Shown in pieces: positions 33,883-43,713 of a DNA stretch of 64,000 nt. Origin of the DNA: Gammaproteobacteria bacterium (GTDB taxonomy: Bacteria; Pseudomonadota; Gammaproteobacteria; Eutrophobiales; Eutrophobiaceae); assembly GCA_965215365.1 (NCBI GenBank), contig CBDCDS010000003.1:256001-320000 (forward strand), in the 5' to 3' direction. Numbering within the stretch: position 1 is the stretch's first letter; the number at the start of each line of letters is the position of its first letter. Made by a program: the position numbers and the translations under genes. The notes beneath the pieces were generated by a model that was not told where the DNA came from, did not search any database, and saw only the letters and a program-made list of their open reading frames with translations.

Positions 33883-35979
33883 TTATTCCAGACCGAATAA
33901 CCCCAGCAGTTCATTGCGGCTCATGCGTGTTGAAAGGTCCATCGACACATCATCAACCAAGCGCTCGAACAAGGCCTGCTTTCGCTCCAGGATGCGGTCG
34001 ATACGCTCTTCGATGGTATCCTCGCAGGTGTACTTGAGCACATTTACCTTAACTGTCTGGCCCATGCGGTGAGTCCGGTCTTCGGCCTGCCGTTCCAAGG
34101 CCGGGTTCCACCAGCGGTCCAGGTGGAATACGTAGGATGCTTCCTGCAAGTTAAGGCCGAGGCCGCCCGCCCGCAATGATATGAGCAGCGCCTTGTGAGT
34201 GTCTCCGGCCTTGAATCGGTTAATAATGTCTGCGCGGCGTTCCGCTGGCATATCCCCTGTCAAGGTCAACGGATTGAAGGACCGCAGGTGGTTGGCCGCA
34301 GCCGCCACACCCGCGGTATTGCTCGTGTACTGTGAGAAAACCAGGGCCTTGTGGCCCTGAGCCGCCAGTGTCTCCAGCCGGTCAGCGATGTCATCGAGCT
34401 TGCTGGACACGCCGGTCCTGGGGTCGGCATTGCAGATTTGCTTCAACCGGGTAATCAGCTCCAGCACGTGCCTGACACCGACTTCCGCACCAAGCGACCG
34501 CAGGTAAACGATTCCTTCGCGCTCGGCTTTTTCATAACTCTCCCGCTGTTCCCGGTGCAAAGGGATCAGCAACCTGGTTTCCAGCTTAGGCGGGAGCTCG
34601 TCCAGCACGTCTTCTTTCTTGCGCCGCAGCTGCAACTCAGCATGCCGCAGCTGCAACGCCGCGCCGGGGCGATAACGCTGGCGCGGCCGGCCCTGGTCGT
34701 GGTCAACGAACTCCATGATGGATGCCAGTTCCTCCTCGTCGTTCTCAATGGGAGTGCCGGTCAACGCCCATGATCGCGTCCTTGGGATACTCTTCGCGGC
34801 CTCGCTTGTGTCGTTGCGATTCTTGATTTTCTGGGCCTCATCGAGCACGACCACATCCCATAATCCCACCGGGGCCCGGCACGCTGCAAGTAACCCCGCG
34901 TCGGAACGCATGAGGTCGTAGCTGACCAGTGTGACATCCGTTCCAGCCCGCCATTGCCAGGCCCGGTCATCCGCTGACCCGCGGATAATGATTGCGCTGA
35001 GCTCCGGCGCCCAGCGCGCGAGCTCCCGCCGCCACTGGTCCAGCACACCGGCCGGAGCCACCACGAGGCACGACTCAATTTCTCCCCTGACCCTGAGAAT
35101 CCGCAACGCCGCAATGGCCTGCACCGTCTTACCCAGGCCCATATCGTCCGACAGCAACAACCGCTCCAGACTGACCAGGGCTTGAACCCCGTCGTGCTGG
35201 AACGGCATGAGCGCGCAAGGCCACCCCAGCTGCTTGTCCGGCGGCGGCGGAGACGGCGGCAAAGCCGGGCGCGGCGCGGCGAGCACCGCCCACAGCCGTT
35301 CACTCAGTCCGGGTTCGGCGTGTTCTTCCACAGCTGCCACCGGTGCGGGCGCGGGCGTTGCGGAGGTACGGGCTACCTGCATCCCGTTATCCTCCAGGCG
35401 AGGCGGTAACGCAATCACCGTTCTCAACCCGGAGATTGTGGTCAATGCCTGGACACGGGGATCGGTAAACGCTTCCGCCAGACCCCTGGCAGCCCGCTGC
35501 AACGGCTCAAACGGGTCATCCCATCGCATAATCCCGGCGAGTATCCGACCGGCGCCCGATTCCGGTGCGGGAGGACCCGTTACCCAAAGCATTCCAGGGC
35601 CGTCAGGCGCCATACCTGCAGCAGCGTCCTTAGGCGCTACCGATGCCGGGTGAACGCGGCAAAAGGGCAATTCAATACGCAAAGTGTCGAAACGGCGTGA
35701 GGGCATCTCATCCGCCAAGCCGAACAACAGGGCCGGCGTCGCCGCGGACGACCGGAACAAGGACTTGGTCAGGGACAATAACGCGTTCTCACCCGTGGCG
35801 TCCTGCCGCGCCGTTCGGTCGAAGCTGAAGCCGAAGCTGAATCCCAAGGGGTCTCCCCGCACCGAGGTCTCGAACAAGGCGGCGCGCACGCCCCGGCCAC
35901 CCGGTGCGCCGACAAATCGCAGCCACCCGACCGCGCCGGGGCTGCCGGTGCCACTTATGTCGTGGCAGGGAACAGGCAT
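33883..35979 (-). CDS. SNF2-family helicase with uncharacterised N-terminal domain
   Basis: DDMGLGKT, DEAQKIKN, LTGTPIEN, GGLGLNL, WWNPALERQAEDRTHRMGQ. Confidence 0.92.
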   Translation of the reverse strand: MPVPCHDISGTGSPGAVGWLRFVGAPGGRGVRAALFETSVRGDPLGFSFGFSFDRTARQDATGENALLSLTKSLFRSSAATPALLFGLADEMPSRRFDTLRIELPFCRVHPASVAPKDAAAGMAPDGPGMLWVTGPPAPESGAGRILAGIMRWDDPFEPLQRAARGLAEAFTDPRVQALTTISGLRTVIALPPRLEDNGMQVARTSATPAPAPVAAVEEHAEPGLSERLWAVLAAPRPALPPSPPPPDKQLGWPCALMPFQHDGVQALVSLERLLLSDDMGLGKTVQAIAALRILRVRGEIESCLVVAPAGVLDQWRRELARWAPELSAIIIRGSADDRAWQWRAGTDVTLVSYDLMRSDAGLLAACRAPVGLWDVVVLDEAQKIKNRNDTSEAAKSIPRTRSWALTGTPIENDEEELASIMEFVDHDQGRPRQRYRPGAALQLRHAELQLRRKKEDVLDELPPKLETRLLIPLHREQRESYEKAEREGIVYLRSLGAEVGVRHVLELITRLKQICNADPRTGVSSKLDDIADRLETLAAQGHKALVFSQYTSNTAGVAAAANHLRSFNPLTLTGDMPAERRADIINRFKAGDTHKALLISLRAGGLGLNLQEASYVFHLDRWWNPALERQAEDRTHRMGQTVKVNVLKYTCEDTIEERIDRILERKQALFERLVDDVSMDLSTRMSRNELLGLFGLE

Positions 35980-36067
35980 GTCAAATCCTCACCTGAACCC
36001 GCAGGGAGCGTATTCCAGCCGGTATCTCTCACTAGGTGACGCGCCCTCACCTGGTGAGAAATGCAGG

Positions 36068-37342
36068 CTAACCCAGCTCGTCACCGGTTGCACTCTCCGG
36101 GCTGTCGTCTTCTTCATAAGGAGTGGTGAAATCCTCGAACTCGGTGTCGGGCCGGTAGCCCGGGTGCAGCCGGCTGAGATCCCATTCGTTAATGGCGGCG
36201 CGCACCTTATAACGCATTCGTCCCTGGAAGCCTGCTCCCCCGGCGGTCGCATCGTAAGGTGGCGGCTGCCAGTCGTAAGCCCTGTTGTACAAACTACGCA
36301 ATGCCTCTACGGCAGCTTTCACGGTGTCGTCACTGGGCGGTTCAAGGGTCAGACAGTCCCGTTCCAGCAGCCGCATGCCGAGCTCGGCGCGGGCGCTGAT
36401 AACGCGGTATTTCGCGCTCTGCTCAAGTCTCGGTCGAACGTAGTCACTATCCTTTTTTTGTCCGTCCGGGCTGATGATGGCAGAGGCAAAATCCTCCGTC
36501 ACCGCGCCGACGACTACCAGGCCAGGATAACTTTCTCCCGGCGCGCGCCCCATCCAGCGCGCAATTTCCGCGTAGGAACGACCGCGCTGTAATATGGAAT
36601 ATGAACCGATCAACTCTATTTCATCCAGAAACACGACCCAACCCCGATAGCCAGCGCTTTTAATCAGTTCGACGGCGAACCGCAACCGCTGCACCGGCAG
36701 GTCAGCGGGTTTCGGCGCACGAAATTTATAGTGTTGCAATTGACCAACCTGTTTCAGCCCGTTACGAAGCCTAGCGAGCAGTATCCGGTCTCCCGCCCAG
36801 AAGGATTCGATCTCGCTGTTGAGCTCTAGGTCCCCCGAATGCTCATGCACGCTCCGGCTGGCGGGAAAGATCATGTTCAAAAGCCCGTCGGAAGCAGCGC
36901 CATCAGCCCAGCGGGAAAAGGCCGCGTATTCTTCGGATTCCGGTTTCATGGACAGCGCGAGTTCTTCGATAAAGCGTCCCCGCCGGTCCGGAATCCGACC
37001 GTTTTCGATGGCTGACGTAAATACCTTCCCCAAGTCATACAGGGGGGTTTCCTTGCTGATGGCCACCCTGCTGCAAACGAAGCCACGGGAGAGAGCAAGA
37101 TGCTCTAGGTGCGCCAGGAGATGGGACTTGCCCGAGCCGAAGTCCCCGGAAATCAACATTCCCCGAGCATCTGCCTCCCGGCTCCGGAGGTCCGCTACGC
37201 CATCCAGCATTCGGCTGAAATGCTCCTCTGCTTGCGGCTGGTTGCAGCCCAATGCGCGCACCGCCTCCCTGTTCGGTACGCCGTTGCGCAAGGCTTCCAC
37301 CGCCCGCCGGGCGGTAAGTTTTTCGTCTGTGCCGGCAGTCAT
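36068..37342 (-). CDS. BrxD-like (DUF2791) P-loop ATPase
   Basis: AVEALRNGVP N-terminus, Walker A GDFGSGKSH, ISKETPL, GYRGWVVFLDEIE. Confidence 0.8.
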   Translation of the reverse strand: MTAGTDEKLTARRAVEALRNGVPNREAVRALGCNQPQAEEHFSRMLDGVADLRSREADARGMLISGDFGSGKSHLLAHLEHLALSRGFVCSRVAISKETPLYDLGKVFTSAIENGRIPDRRGRFIEELALSMKPESEEYAAFSRWADGAASDGLLNMIFPASRSVHEHSGDLELNSEIESFWAGDRILLARLRNGLKQVGQLQHYKFRAPKPADLPVQRLRFAVELIKSAGYRGWVVFLDEIELIGSYSILQRGRSYAEIARWMGRAPGESYPGLVVVGAVTEDFASAIISPDGQKKDSDYVRPRLEQSAKYRVISARAELGMRLLERDCLTLEPPSDDTVKAAVEALRSLYNRAYDWQPPPYDATAGGAGFQGRMRYKVRAAINEWDLSRLHPGYRPDTEFEDFTTPYEEDDSPESATGDELG

Positions 37343-37354
37343 TGGCTCCGTTCT

Positions 37355-38317
37355 CTATGAGAGCCGTACCAGGGCCGCCACCGGGTTGGCGATGTTTCTG
37401 TCGCGCACATCATCCATCACCCGGGTGCGAAGAGCGGGGTAGATACCCCAGCCCCTCATCGATTGCTCATCGACGAACGTGTAATCGGTCAACGCCACCA
37501 GCAATGTTCCCGGCAAGCGGTCGGCGTCATCGATAAACTCCCTGAGCAGTTCGTAATGTTCTATGGTCATCGCCCGTGTATAGTAGCGCTCCCCGTCCTT
37601 CGGGTTGCGGTGCAGCGTGACGCGAGTGTTGTCCAGAACAATCAGCGTGCCTGAATATCCCGCGTAACGTACCCAATAAAGGGCTGATTCGATGAAATCG
37701 CGCGCGGTAGTGCGGTTGATGGGCGTGTGAATATGGAACGGCTTGATATTGCTTATTCGGGTGTTGGTGCCCGTCAGCCAGTCCAGCAACGGCTGTCCAG
37801 CGTACTCCCCCGTTGTCGCGCGCTCCCTCTCGAAATGGCAGAGATGGGTCATGGCCACCCGAAAGGCCTTGGCCATGTTTGCATTCCTGGTGACCTCGCG
37901 CTCCAAGGCCGGCCTCAACTCGAAGAGGACAGACTGCGCTTCCTCAATGTCGTTGGCGCGAGCCACCGCGTCGATGACGTTGGCCGCGCCGTTGGGGTCG
38001 ATGCCATCGACTCGATAGGCTTGCTTCGATAGCAGGCGCAGCACCACGCGGCGCGCAAGGAGTTGCCAATCGACCTGTGATGCCAGCATGAAAAAGAGGT
38101 CCTGGGGCATGTGGACGCGACAGGTGAGCGCATCCAGCGTCACAAACAGGTACTCCTGCTCGGCGCCAAGGGCTTGCAGCTTCTCTGCAAGCTCCGGCAT
38201 TCGTTCGTTGGCGGTGACTGCGAATTTGACGGTACCGCCGCCATCCTTGATGAACGTTGAGAGGTACTCCCGGTCTATATGGCGCACCCAGTCGGCGACC
38301 GGGATAGCTTGGGTCAT
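37355..38317 (-). CDS. BrxD-like (DUF2791) paralog with degenerate Walker motifs
   Basis: DGGGTVKFAV without GxGK[ST]; GYSGTLIVLDN; YELLREFID; YPALRTRV. Confidence 0.65.
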   Translation of the reverse strand: MTQAIPVADWVRHIDREYLSTFIKDGGGTVKFAVTANERMPELAEKLQALGAEQEYLFVTLDALTCRVHMPQDLFFMLASQVDWQLLARRVVLRLLSKQAYRVDGIDPNGAANVIDAVARANDIEEAQSVLFELRPALEREVTRNANMAKAFRVAMTHLCHFERERATTGEYAGQPLLDWLTGTNTRISNIKPFHIHTPINRTTARDFIESALYWVRYAGYSGTLIVLDNTRVTLHRNPKDGERYYTRAMTIEHYELLREFIDDADRLPGTLLVALTDYTFVDEQSMRGWGIYPALRTRVMDDVRDRNIANPVAALVRLS

Positions 38318-39126
38318 CGGTCACTCCCGCTGAATCGGATTCCATAATACTCGGCGCTATCGCCCTGCGGCCCGATGAAGGAGAACAGGTCGCGGGAACG
38401 CCTGCGGGTCCCGGTAGATGAGGGGAAAGAGACCGTGGCGCCATTCCTGGTGCGACGCGGGCCGTTCGAATCCAGTATGTACAGGTCGCGGGCGAAGTCA
38501 TTGCGATCATAGTCGCGAGCACCCCCCGGGAGAGCTGTCATCAGTTTATAGATCCTGGCAAGCGGCACCACGCTGCCGCTCCCCGACGACAAGGGGTCTG
38601 CAGATGAGCTGTCCGAAATATCGGTGTAAACGCTGTACAAAGACTCAAGAAAACGTTGCGGGGGAAAGCCGCTGGATTTTTTCTGGTTCGCCAAAAGCAG
38701 GTCAACAAGATACGAGGGCCTGACCGCTACAACTCTTTTTTTATCCACTCTCACCGCACGTTCCGCCGCAAGTATCCTGACGATGGAAGGATAAGAGATC
38801 AAGAGTTCATCCTGCTCCTGAATTCTTAACCCCTTTTCGTCGGCAATGGTTTTGATAGCATCGATATACTGCTCACCGAAGAGCAGTTGTTCTTCCTCGT
38901 CCGAGAACGGCCAGCAGGAACCAGCGTTCGAGACCTCTTGGCGGAGCGCGGTCAAGCCCTCATTCAACTTCTCCTGGCAGCGCTTGATGTTTGCTACGTT
39001 GCCAGTCTGCGCGGCTTTCACCAACGCACGCGCCTGTGAGACTACATTGCTGGCGGACTTCTGCGCCGCACCGGCGGCCCTTTCAGTATCACGACAGGCT
39101 TGTTCGAAGCTGACCACTGCGCGCAC
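38314..39126 (-). CDS. Hypothetical protein, first gene of the BrxD/SNF2 operon
   Basis: 270 aa; stop overlaps the next start (ATGA). Helical N-terminus, YDRNDFARDLY near the C-terminus. GTG start has a weak RBS. Confidence 0.75.
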   Translation of the reverse strand: MRAVVSFEQACRDTERAAGAAQKSASNVVSQARALVKAAQTGNVANIKRCQEKLNEGLTALRQEVSNAGSCWPFSDEEEQLLFGEQYIDAIKTIADEKGLRIQEQDELLISYPSIVRILAAERAVRVDKKRVVAVRPSYLVDLLLANQKKSSGFPPQRFLESLYSVYTDISDSSSADPLSSGSGSVVPLARIYKLMTALPGGARDYDRNDFARDLYILDSNGPRRTRNGATVSFPSSTGTRRRSRDLFSFIGPQGDSAEYYGIRFSGSDR

Positions 39127-39144
39127 TACCGGAGATAACCCGAC

Positions 39145-39474
39145 TCAGTCGGTGCCGTACTTTGCCGGCTCTTCCGCCACGCGGCGACTGAGTAGCGCAT
39201 CGCTCAGCCCCCCCACTAGGCCTTCTAAGTGCGCCATGCGTTCGCGTAACTCGCCTATCGCTGCTCGCGTGGTTTTGAATTTTTCTTGCACGGCTTTGAA
39301 TTGTGCCTGTGTCTCTGCGCGCACGGCTTTGAATTGTGCCTGTGTCTCTGCGCGAAGGGTGCGCGTTTCTTCGCGTTGGGCGCGCTGGCCGTTGAGAATG
39401 AGGCCGGCGAGGGCGATGATGGCGCCGATGAGCGTGATGGCGGCGCTGATGATGGCGATGAGTTCCATGGACAT
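39145..39474 (-). CDS. Membrane-anchored coiled-coil repeat protein, copy 1 (109 aa)
   Basis: Hydrophobic N-terminus, RAETQAQFKAV x2, conserved tail RERMAHLEG...VAEEPAKYGTD; GGAG RBS. Confidence 0.8.
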   Translation of the reverse strand: MSMELIAIISAAITLIGAIIALAGLILNGQRAQREETRTLRAETQAQFKAVRAETQAQFKAVQEKFKTTRAAIGELRERMAHLEGLVGGLSDALLSRRVAEEPAKYGTD

Positions 39475-39524
39475 GTTCTGTCTCCTCCGTATCCGGTTTG
39501 GTACAACAGGTTATCGTGCTTTCC

Positions 39525-39552
39525 AGTGTAAGGCATCCGGGGGTGTTGTCAA
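39525..39552 (-). promoter_or_regulatory. Sigma70-like promoter of the coiled-coil cassette (present in all 4 copies)
   Basis: TTGACA-N16-TACACT here; TTGACA-N16-TATACT at 44739-44766 and in copies 3 and 4. Confidence 0.65.
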
Positions 39553-39773
39553 TGGTTTTGTGGCGGGTAGAGAGTAGTCTCTGGTACGGGTGACGTGTTA
39601 TCATCAGGTTGTGTTGCCGGATTATACCCTTATACAGGCCATAGGCCTGACAGGCCGCCAGAATTGCGAAAACTACTACTTGCCATCTTGAAGGGAGAGG
39701 TGCCTTTCAATGTCTTTGCTGACCGGAAGCCTATCGAGGAGCACCTGGCCTGCACTCGCGCAGGGGGTAAACC

Positions 39774-42422
39774 ATGAGCGAACAACGTTATACGTATGCG
39801 CGTTTTTGGAAATGTGCCCTACAGGTTAACCCTCATGGTTACAATGAGAATTACCAGGGCAGGGATCATGGCATGGATGCCAGGGTCTATGCGGAGTCTC
39901 TGCGAGATGTCTGCCTGAGTAAAAATATCCAGGTTGTCGGATTTGCGGACCATGGTAGTGTTGCAGATGCGGAAGTTGCTCGCAAGATTCTGGTAGAAGC
40001 TGGTATCGTCGTTTTCCCAGGCTTCGAAGTGGCAACTACGGAGAAAGTTCACTGGGTCTGTCTTTTTCCGGAATCCACCACAGAGCAGCAACTGGAGCGT
40101 TACCTGGGTAAGTTGAATTTGACCAATACTCAGGATGGCGCTCGTCCATCCGACCTGGGCGGACAGAAACTGCTTGCGGCTGTTGAAAATTTAGGAGGGT
40201 TTTGCTATGCCGCTCATGTGACCTCAAATAGCGGTGTCCTGAAAGGCAAGTTCAACAACCTCTGGATAGATCCTCGACTGCGAGCAGCCCAGATCCCTGG
40301 CAAGGTTGATGACCTTCCGCAAGAATACAAGCTGATAGCGCAGAACAAAAATGTTGATTATCACCGTGATAATCGGGTTGCGCTGATTAACGCCAAGGAC
40401 ATCGCAGTACCAGATGACCTCCGTAAGCCTGGCGCAGCAACCTATATTAAGATGACTCGACCTTGCTTTTCATCATTTCTGATGGCATTTAAGGACCCGG
40501 AATCACGGATACGACTTACTGACGAAATGGTAGATCGTCACTACAGCAGGATAGACAGCATTACCATTGAAGGGGGTTACTTTGATGATCTGTCAGCGGA
40601 AATATCAGGTCACCTGAATGGAGTAATTGGAGGCCGAGGCACCGGAAAGTCCACGTTGGTGGAATGTATTCGATATGCGCTGGATGTACCACATAAAGGC
40701 GAAGAGGCAATCCGGCAGGGAGATCAGATCGTCAAGGAAAACCTCGGACGGGCAGGTGGGAGAGTGATCCTGAAACTCAGGTCAGCGTCTAACCACATGA
40801 AGAATTACACAATCATCAGGCGGTATGGCGAACCGCCGCGAGTGATAGATGAGCAGAATAACGAATCACGACTGCATCCCGGTAAGGATCTCCTTCCTGG
40901 TGTAGAGATATATGGTCAAAATGAAATTTACGAATTAGCGAAAAGTCCGGAAGCCTTAACTCGAGTATTGGACCGTTTCCTGCCGGAAAGTACAGGTCAG
41001 CAAGGTCGTCTCAATGCGGCGTATCGTAAACTCAAAGAAAACACTGAACGACTGACTAAGGCGCGGGAGCAAAAAGATGAGATCGAACAGCAAATCGCGC
41101 AGCTTCCCAAGCTCGAAGAACAGGTGAGACAATTTGAGGAACAGGGTTTCGAGGAAAAACTTAAACAAGTGCCTCTGCTGGAAAAGGAACGACAACTTGG
41201 CCCCAGGGTTCTGGATGAAGTAAAATTGGCACGAAATTCTCACCTCGGATTTGCGGAGTCTATCCCAGACCTGGTATTTCTTAGTGATAAAGCTCTTGAA
41301 GGATTGCCTCATGCAGATTTACTGCGAAACGGGCGACAGGTTTTGGAGTCATTGAATGACACTTTGCACAAGAAGCTTACTGAGATTGATCATGCGATAG
41401 GCGGGGCGGAGACGGCTCTTAATGCTATTGTTGGCGAACTTGATACGGCACTTAAGACAGCAGCAAGCCAATTAGAGCAAGAATTTTCCAAGCTCCCCGA
41501 AGTTGCCGGGAAGGAGGGCAAGGAAATCGGACGTGCTTATCAGCGGTTATTGCGGGAGATTGAACAAGTTAGGCCAGCACAGGCGCGGCTGAAAACGGTG
41601 CAGGCGCTTGTCAGAGAGTTGGAACAGAGCCGGCGCAATCTGCTGGGTGAAATATCGGATATGCGTAGCGCTCGCACAGGAGCAAAGCAGAAGGCTATAA
41701 AAAGCCTCAACAAGCGTCTCGCCGGTAAACTTCGGATTGAGCTTGTTCCAGACGGCTTGCGCAAGCCGCTACGGGAATTCCTGCAGGATTTACCAGGGAT
41801 TGGAGAACGCAAAACCCAATGGGTGGACAAGGCTCAGGATTTGACGATATTCGGCCTGGTCGCCGCTATTGCGGAAGGGAAGGAGGCGTTGCTCAGCAAA
41901 GAGTGGGGATTGACATCGGGGCTTGCCGATTCTTTGCTTCGCATGACACCCGGTGACCTGTGTAAGGTGGAAGGAATCGATCTGGAGGAACAAATCAGCC
42001 TAGAGCTCAATGTGTCTCACGCGGGCGAACAGTACAGGCCTTTGGAGCGTCTGTCAACAGGGCAACAATGTACAGCGATACTGCATTTGCTGTTACTCGA
42101 TAATCAAGACCCGCTGATCATGGATCAACCGGAGGATAATCTGGATAACGCCTTTATTGCCGAACGGATAGTTCAGGAACTGCGGGCAGCCAAGACGGAA
42201 CGGCAGTTCCTGTTTGCAACTCATAACGCAAATATTCCAGTGTTCGGTGACGCTGAATGGATAGGCGTGTGTATGGCGACTGATGATCAAGCAGAGATGC
42301 CGAATGAAGCCCAGGGCTCTATTGATATTCCGTCGATTCGTGATCATGTAGCAAGAATTCTGGAAGGTGGAAAGGAGGCATTCATGCAACGCAAAGAGAA
42401 ATACGGGTTTGATTACCAGTGA
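39774..42422 (+). CDS. PHP phosphoesterase-like domain fused to SMC/ABC-type ATPase (TrlF/Ppl-like)
   Basis: N-terminal FADH/GFE/VHW/AAHV; Walker A GGRGTGKST, coiled coil, LSTGQ, IMDQPEDNLD, ATHN; lower GC than flanks. Confidence 0.82.
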   Translation: MSEQRYTYARFWKCALQVNPHGYNENYQGRDHGMDARVYAESLRDVCLSKNIQVVGFADHGSVADAEVARKILVEAGIVVFPGFEVATTEKVHWVCLFPESTTEQQLERYLGKLNLTNTQDGARPSDLGGQKLLAAVENLGGFCYAAHVTSNSGVLKGKFNNLWIDPRLRAAQIPGKVDDLPQEYKLIAQNKNVDYHRDNRVALINAKDIAVPDDLRKPGAATYIKMTRPCFSSFLMAFKDPESRIRLTDEMVDRHYSRIDSITIEGGYFDDLSAEISGHLNGVIGGRGTGKSTLVECIRYALDVPHKGEEAIRQGDQIVKENLGRAGGRVILKLRSASNHMKNYTIIRRYGEPPRVIDEQNNESRLHPGKDLLPGVEIYGQNEIYELAKSPEALTRVLDRFLPESTGQQGRLNAAYRKLKENTERLTKAREQKDEIEQQIAQLPKLEEQVRQFEEQGFEEKLKQVPLLEKERQLGPRVLDEVKLARNSHLGFAESIPDLVFLSDKALEGLPHADLLRNGRQVLESLNDTLHKKLTEIDHAIGGAETALNAIVGELDTALKTAASQLEQEFSKLPEVAGKEGKEIGRAYQRLLREIEQVRPAQARLKTVQALVRELEQSRRNLLGEISDMRSARTGAKQKAIKSLNKRLAGKLRIELVPDGLRKPLREFLQDLPGIGERKTQWVDKAQDLTIFGLVAAIAEGKEALLSKEWGLTSGLADSLLRMTPGDLCKVEGIDLEEQISLELNVSHAGEQYRPLERLSTGQQCTAILHLLLLDNQDPLIMDQPEDNLDNAFIAERIVQELRAAKTERQFLFATHNANIPVFGDAEWIGVCMATDDQAEMPNEAQGSIDIPSIRDHVARILEGGKEAFMQRKEKYGFDYQ

Positions 42423-43675
42423 CCAAGACTGAATTGCTGGAACTGATAGCGAATGGAGAGAACTCCGGAACGGAGTTCAAGCGCGATGATCTTCGCCCCG
42501 AGCAGTTGGCTAAAGAAGTTGTAGCGTTGGCTAACTTTCAGGGTGGCCGCATTCTTTTAGGGGTCGATGATGACGGAACGATCACTGGGGTTCAACGCGC
42601 TGACCTTGAGCGCTGGGTGATGGATACTGTCTTCGGCCGCTATGTTCATCCCATAATCATCCCATTTTACGAAGAAGTACAGATCGATGAAAAGTACCGT
42701 GTCGCCGTTGTAACCATAAGTCAAGGAACTACCAAGCCCTATGTAGTCCGTAACCGTGAGCGTGAAGACGTCTATATTCGGGCTGGCAGTACATCGCGCT
42801 TAGCGACGCGTGAGCAACAGGCTCGATTGTACGCACTCGGTGGCATGTTCCACGTAGAACTACTTCCCGTCTCAGGCAGCAAACTGACTGATCTTAGTCT
42901 GGACCGATTGAAAAATTACTTATTGGCCATTGTGGGTGACAAGAAATCGCCCGTGGATAACGAGGAATGGCACGAGCGCTTGTGTGGTTTGGGCTTTATG
43001 GTTGAACGCGATGACGGCCCTGCTATCTGCACAATCGCCGGTCTGCTCTTGTTTGGACATTCTCCTCGACGACTCCTTCATCAGGCCGGCATCCGTTGGA
43101 TGGCATTCAAAGGCAATGATAAAAGCTATAAAGCGCTGGATGATCAACTTATTGATGGACCACTGGTTGCCCTGCGAAAACCATCAGATGGGGGTAGGAG
43201 TGACATTACAGAAAACGGGTTACTGGAGAATATTATTCGGGTGATGCGACCATTTGTTTCAGAAGAACCAAGTGAATTAGAGGATTCATTACGACGAGAA
43301 CGTAATTGGCTGTACCCGGCAGATGCACTACGTGAGGCTATCATCAATGCGGTTGCCCACCGTGATTGGACTCGCTATGAGGAGATTGAGATTACACTGT
43401 ACGCAAACCGACTCGAGGTCTTGAGCCCTGGTGCGCTACAGAATTCGATGACAGTAGAAAAAATGTTAGCTGGCCAACGTTCACCACGCAACTCTTTGAT
43501 TGTTCAGGTTTTACGCGATTACGGTTACGTAGATGCAAGAGGCATGGGGGTAAGAAATAAAATTATTCCTCTCTTATTGGAGCAAAATCAGACAAAACCG
43601 GAATTCATAGCGACTGAGGATTACCTCAGGCTTGTCATGTATATCAGAAAGCCAAATGCCGAGACTGGAGATTGA
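42419..43675 (+). CDS. Schlafen/AlbA_2 domain protein with RecG-C-like HATPase domain
   Basis: GENSGTEFK...ALANFQGGRILLGVDDDG; LREAIINAVAHRD; SPG; RGMGV. Confidence 0.85.
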   Translation: MTKTELLELIANGENSGTEFKRDDLRPEQLAKEVVALANFQGGRILLGVDDDGTITGVQRADLERWVMDTVFGRYVHPIIIPFYEEVQIDEKYRVAVVTISQGTTKPYVVRNREREDVYIRAGSTSRLATREQQARLYALGGMFHVELLPVSGSKLTDLSLDRLKNYLLAIVGDKKSPVDNEEWHERLCGLGFMVERDDGPAICTIAGLLLFGHSPRRLLHQAGIRWMAFKGNDKSYKALDDQLIDGPLVALRKPSDGGRSDITENGLLENIIRVMRPFVSEEPSELEDSLRRERNWLYPADALREAIINAVAHRDWTRYEEIEITLYANRLEVLSPGALQNSMTVEKMLAGQRSPRNSLIVQVLRDYGYVDARGMGVRNKIIPLLLEQNQTKPEFIATEDYLRLVMYIRKPNAETGD

Positions 43676-43713
43676 AACACAATTTCAGTTGGCGCTGTAT
43701 TCTCCCGGTTCTT

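Noticed and set aside
33883-38317. Complete BREX or Shango system
   Set aside because: No pglX, pglZ, brxC or TerB-like gene is present, and the helicase is SNF2-type.
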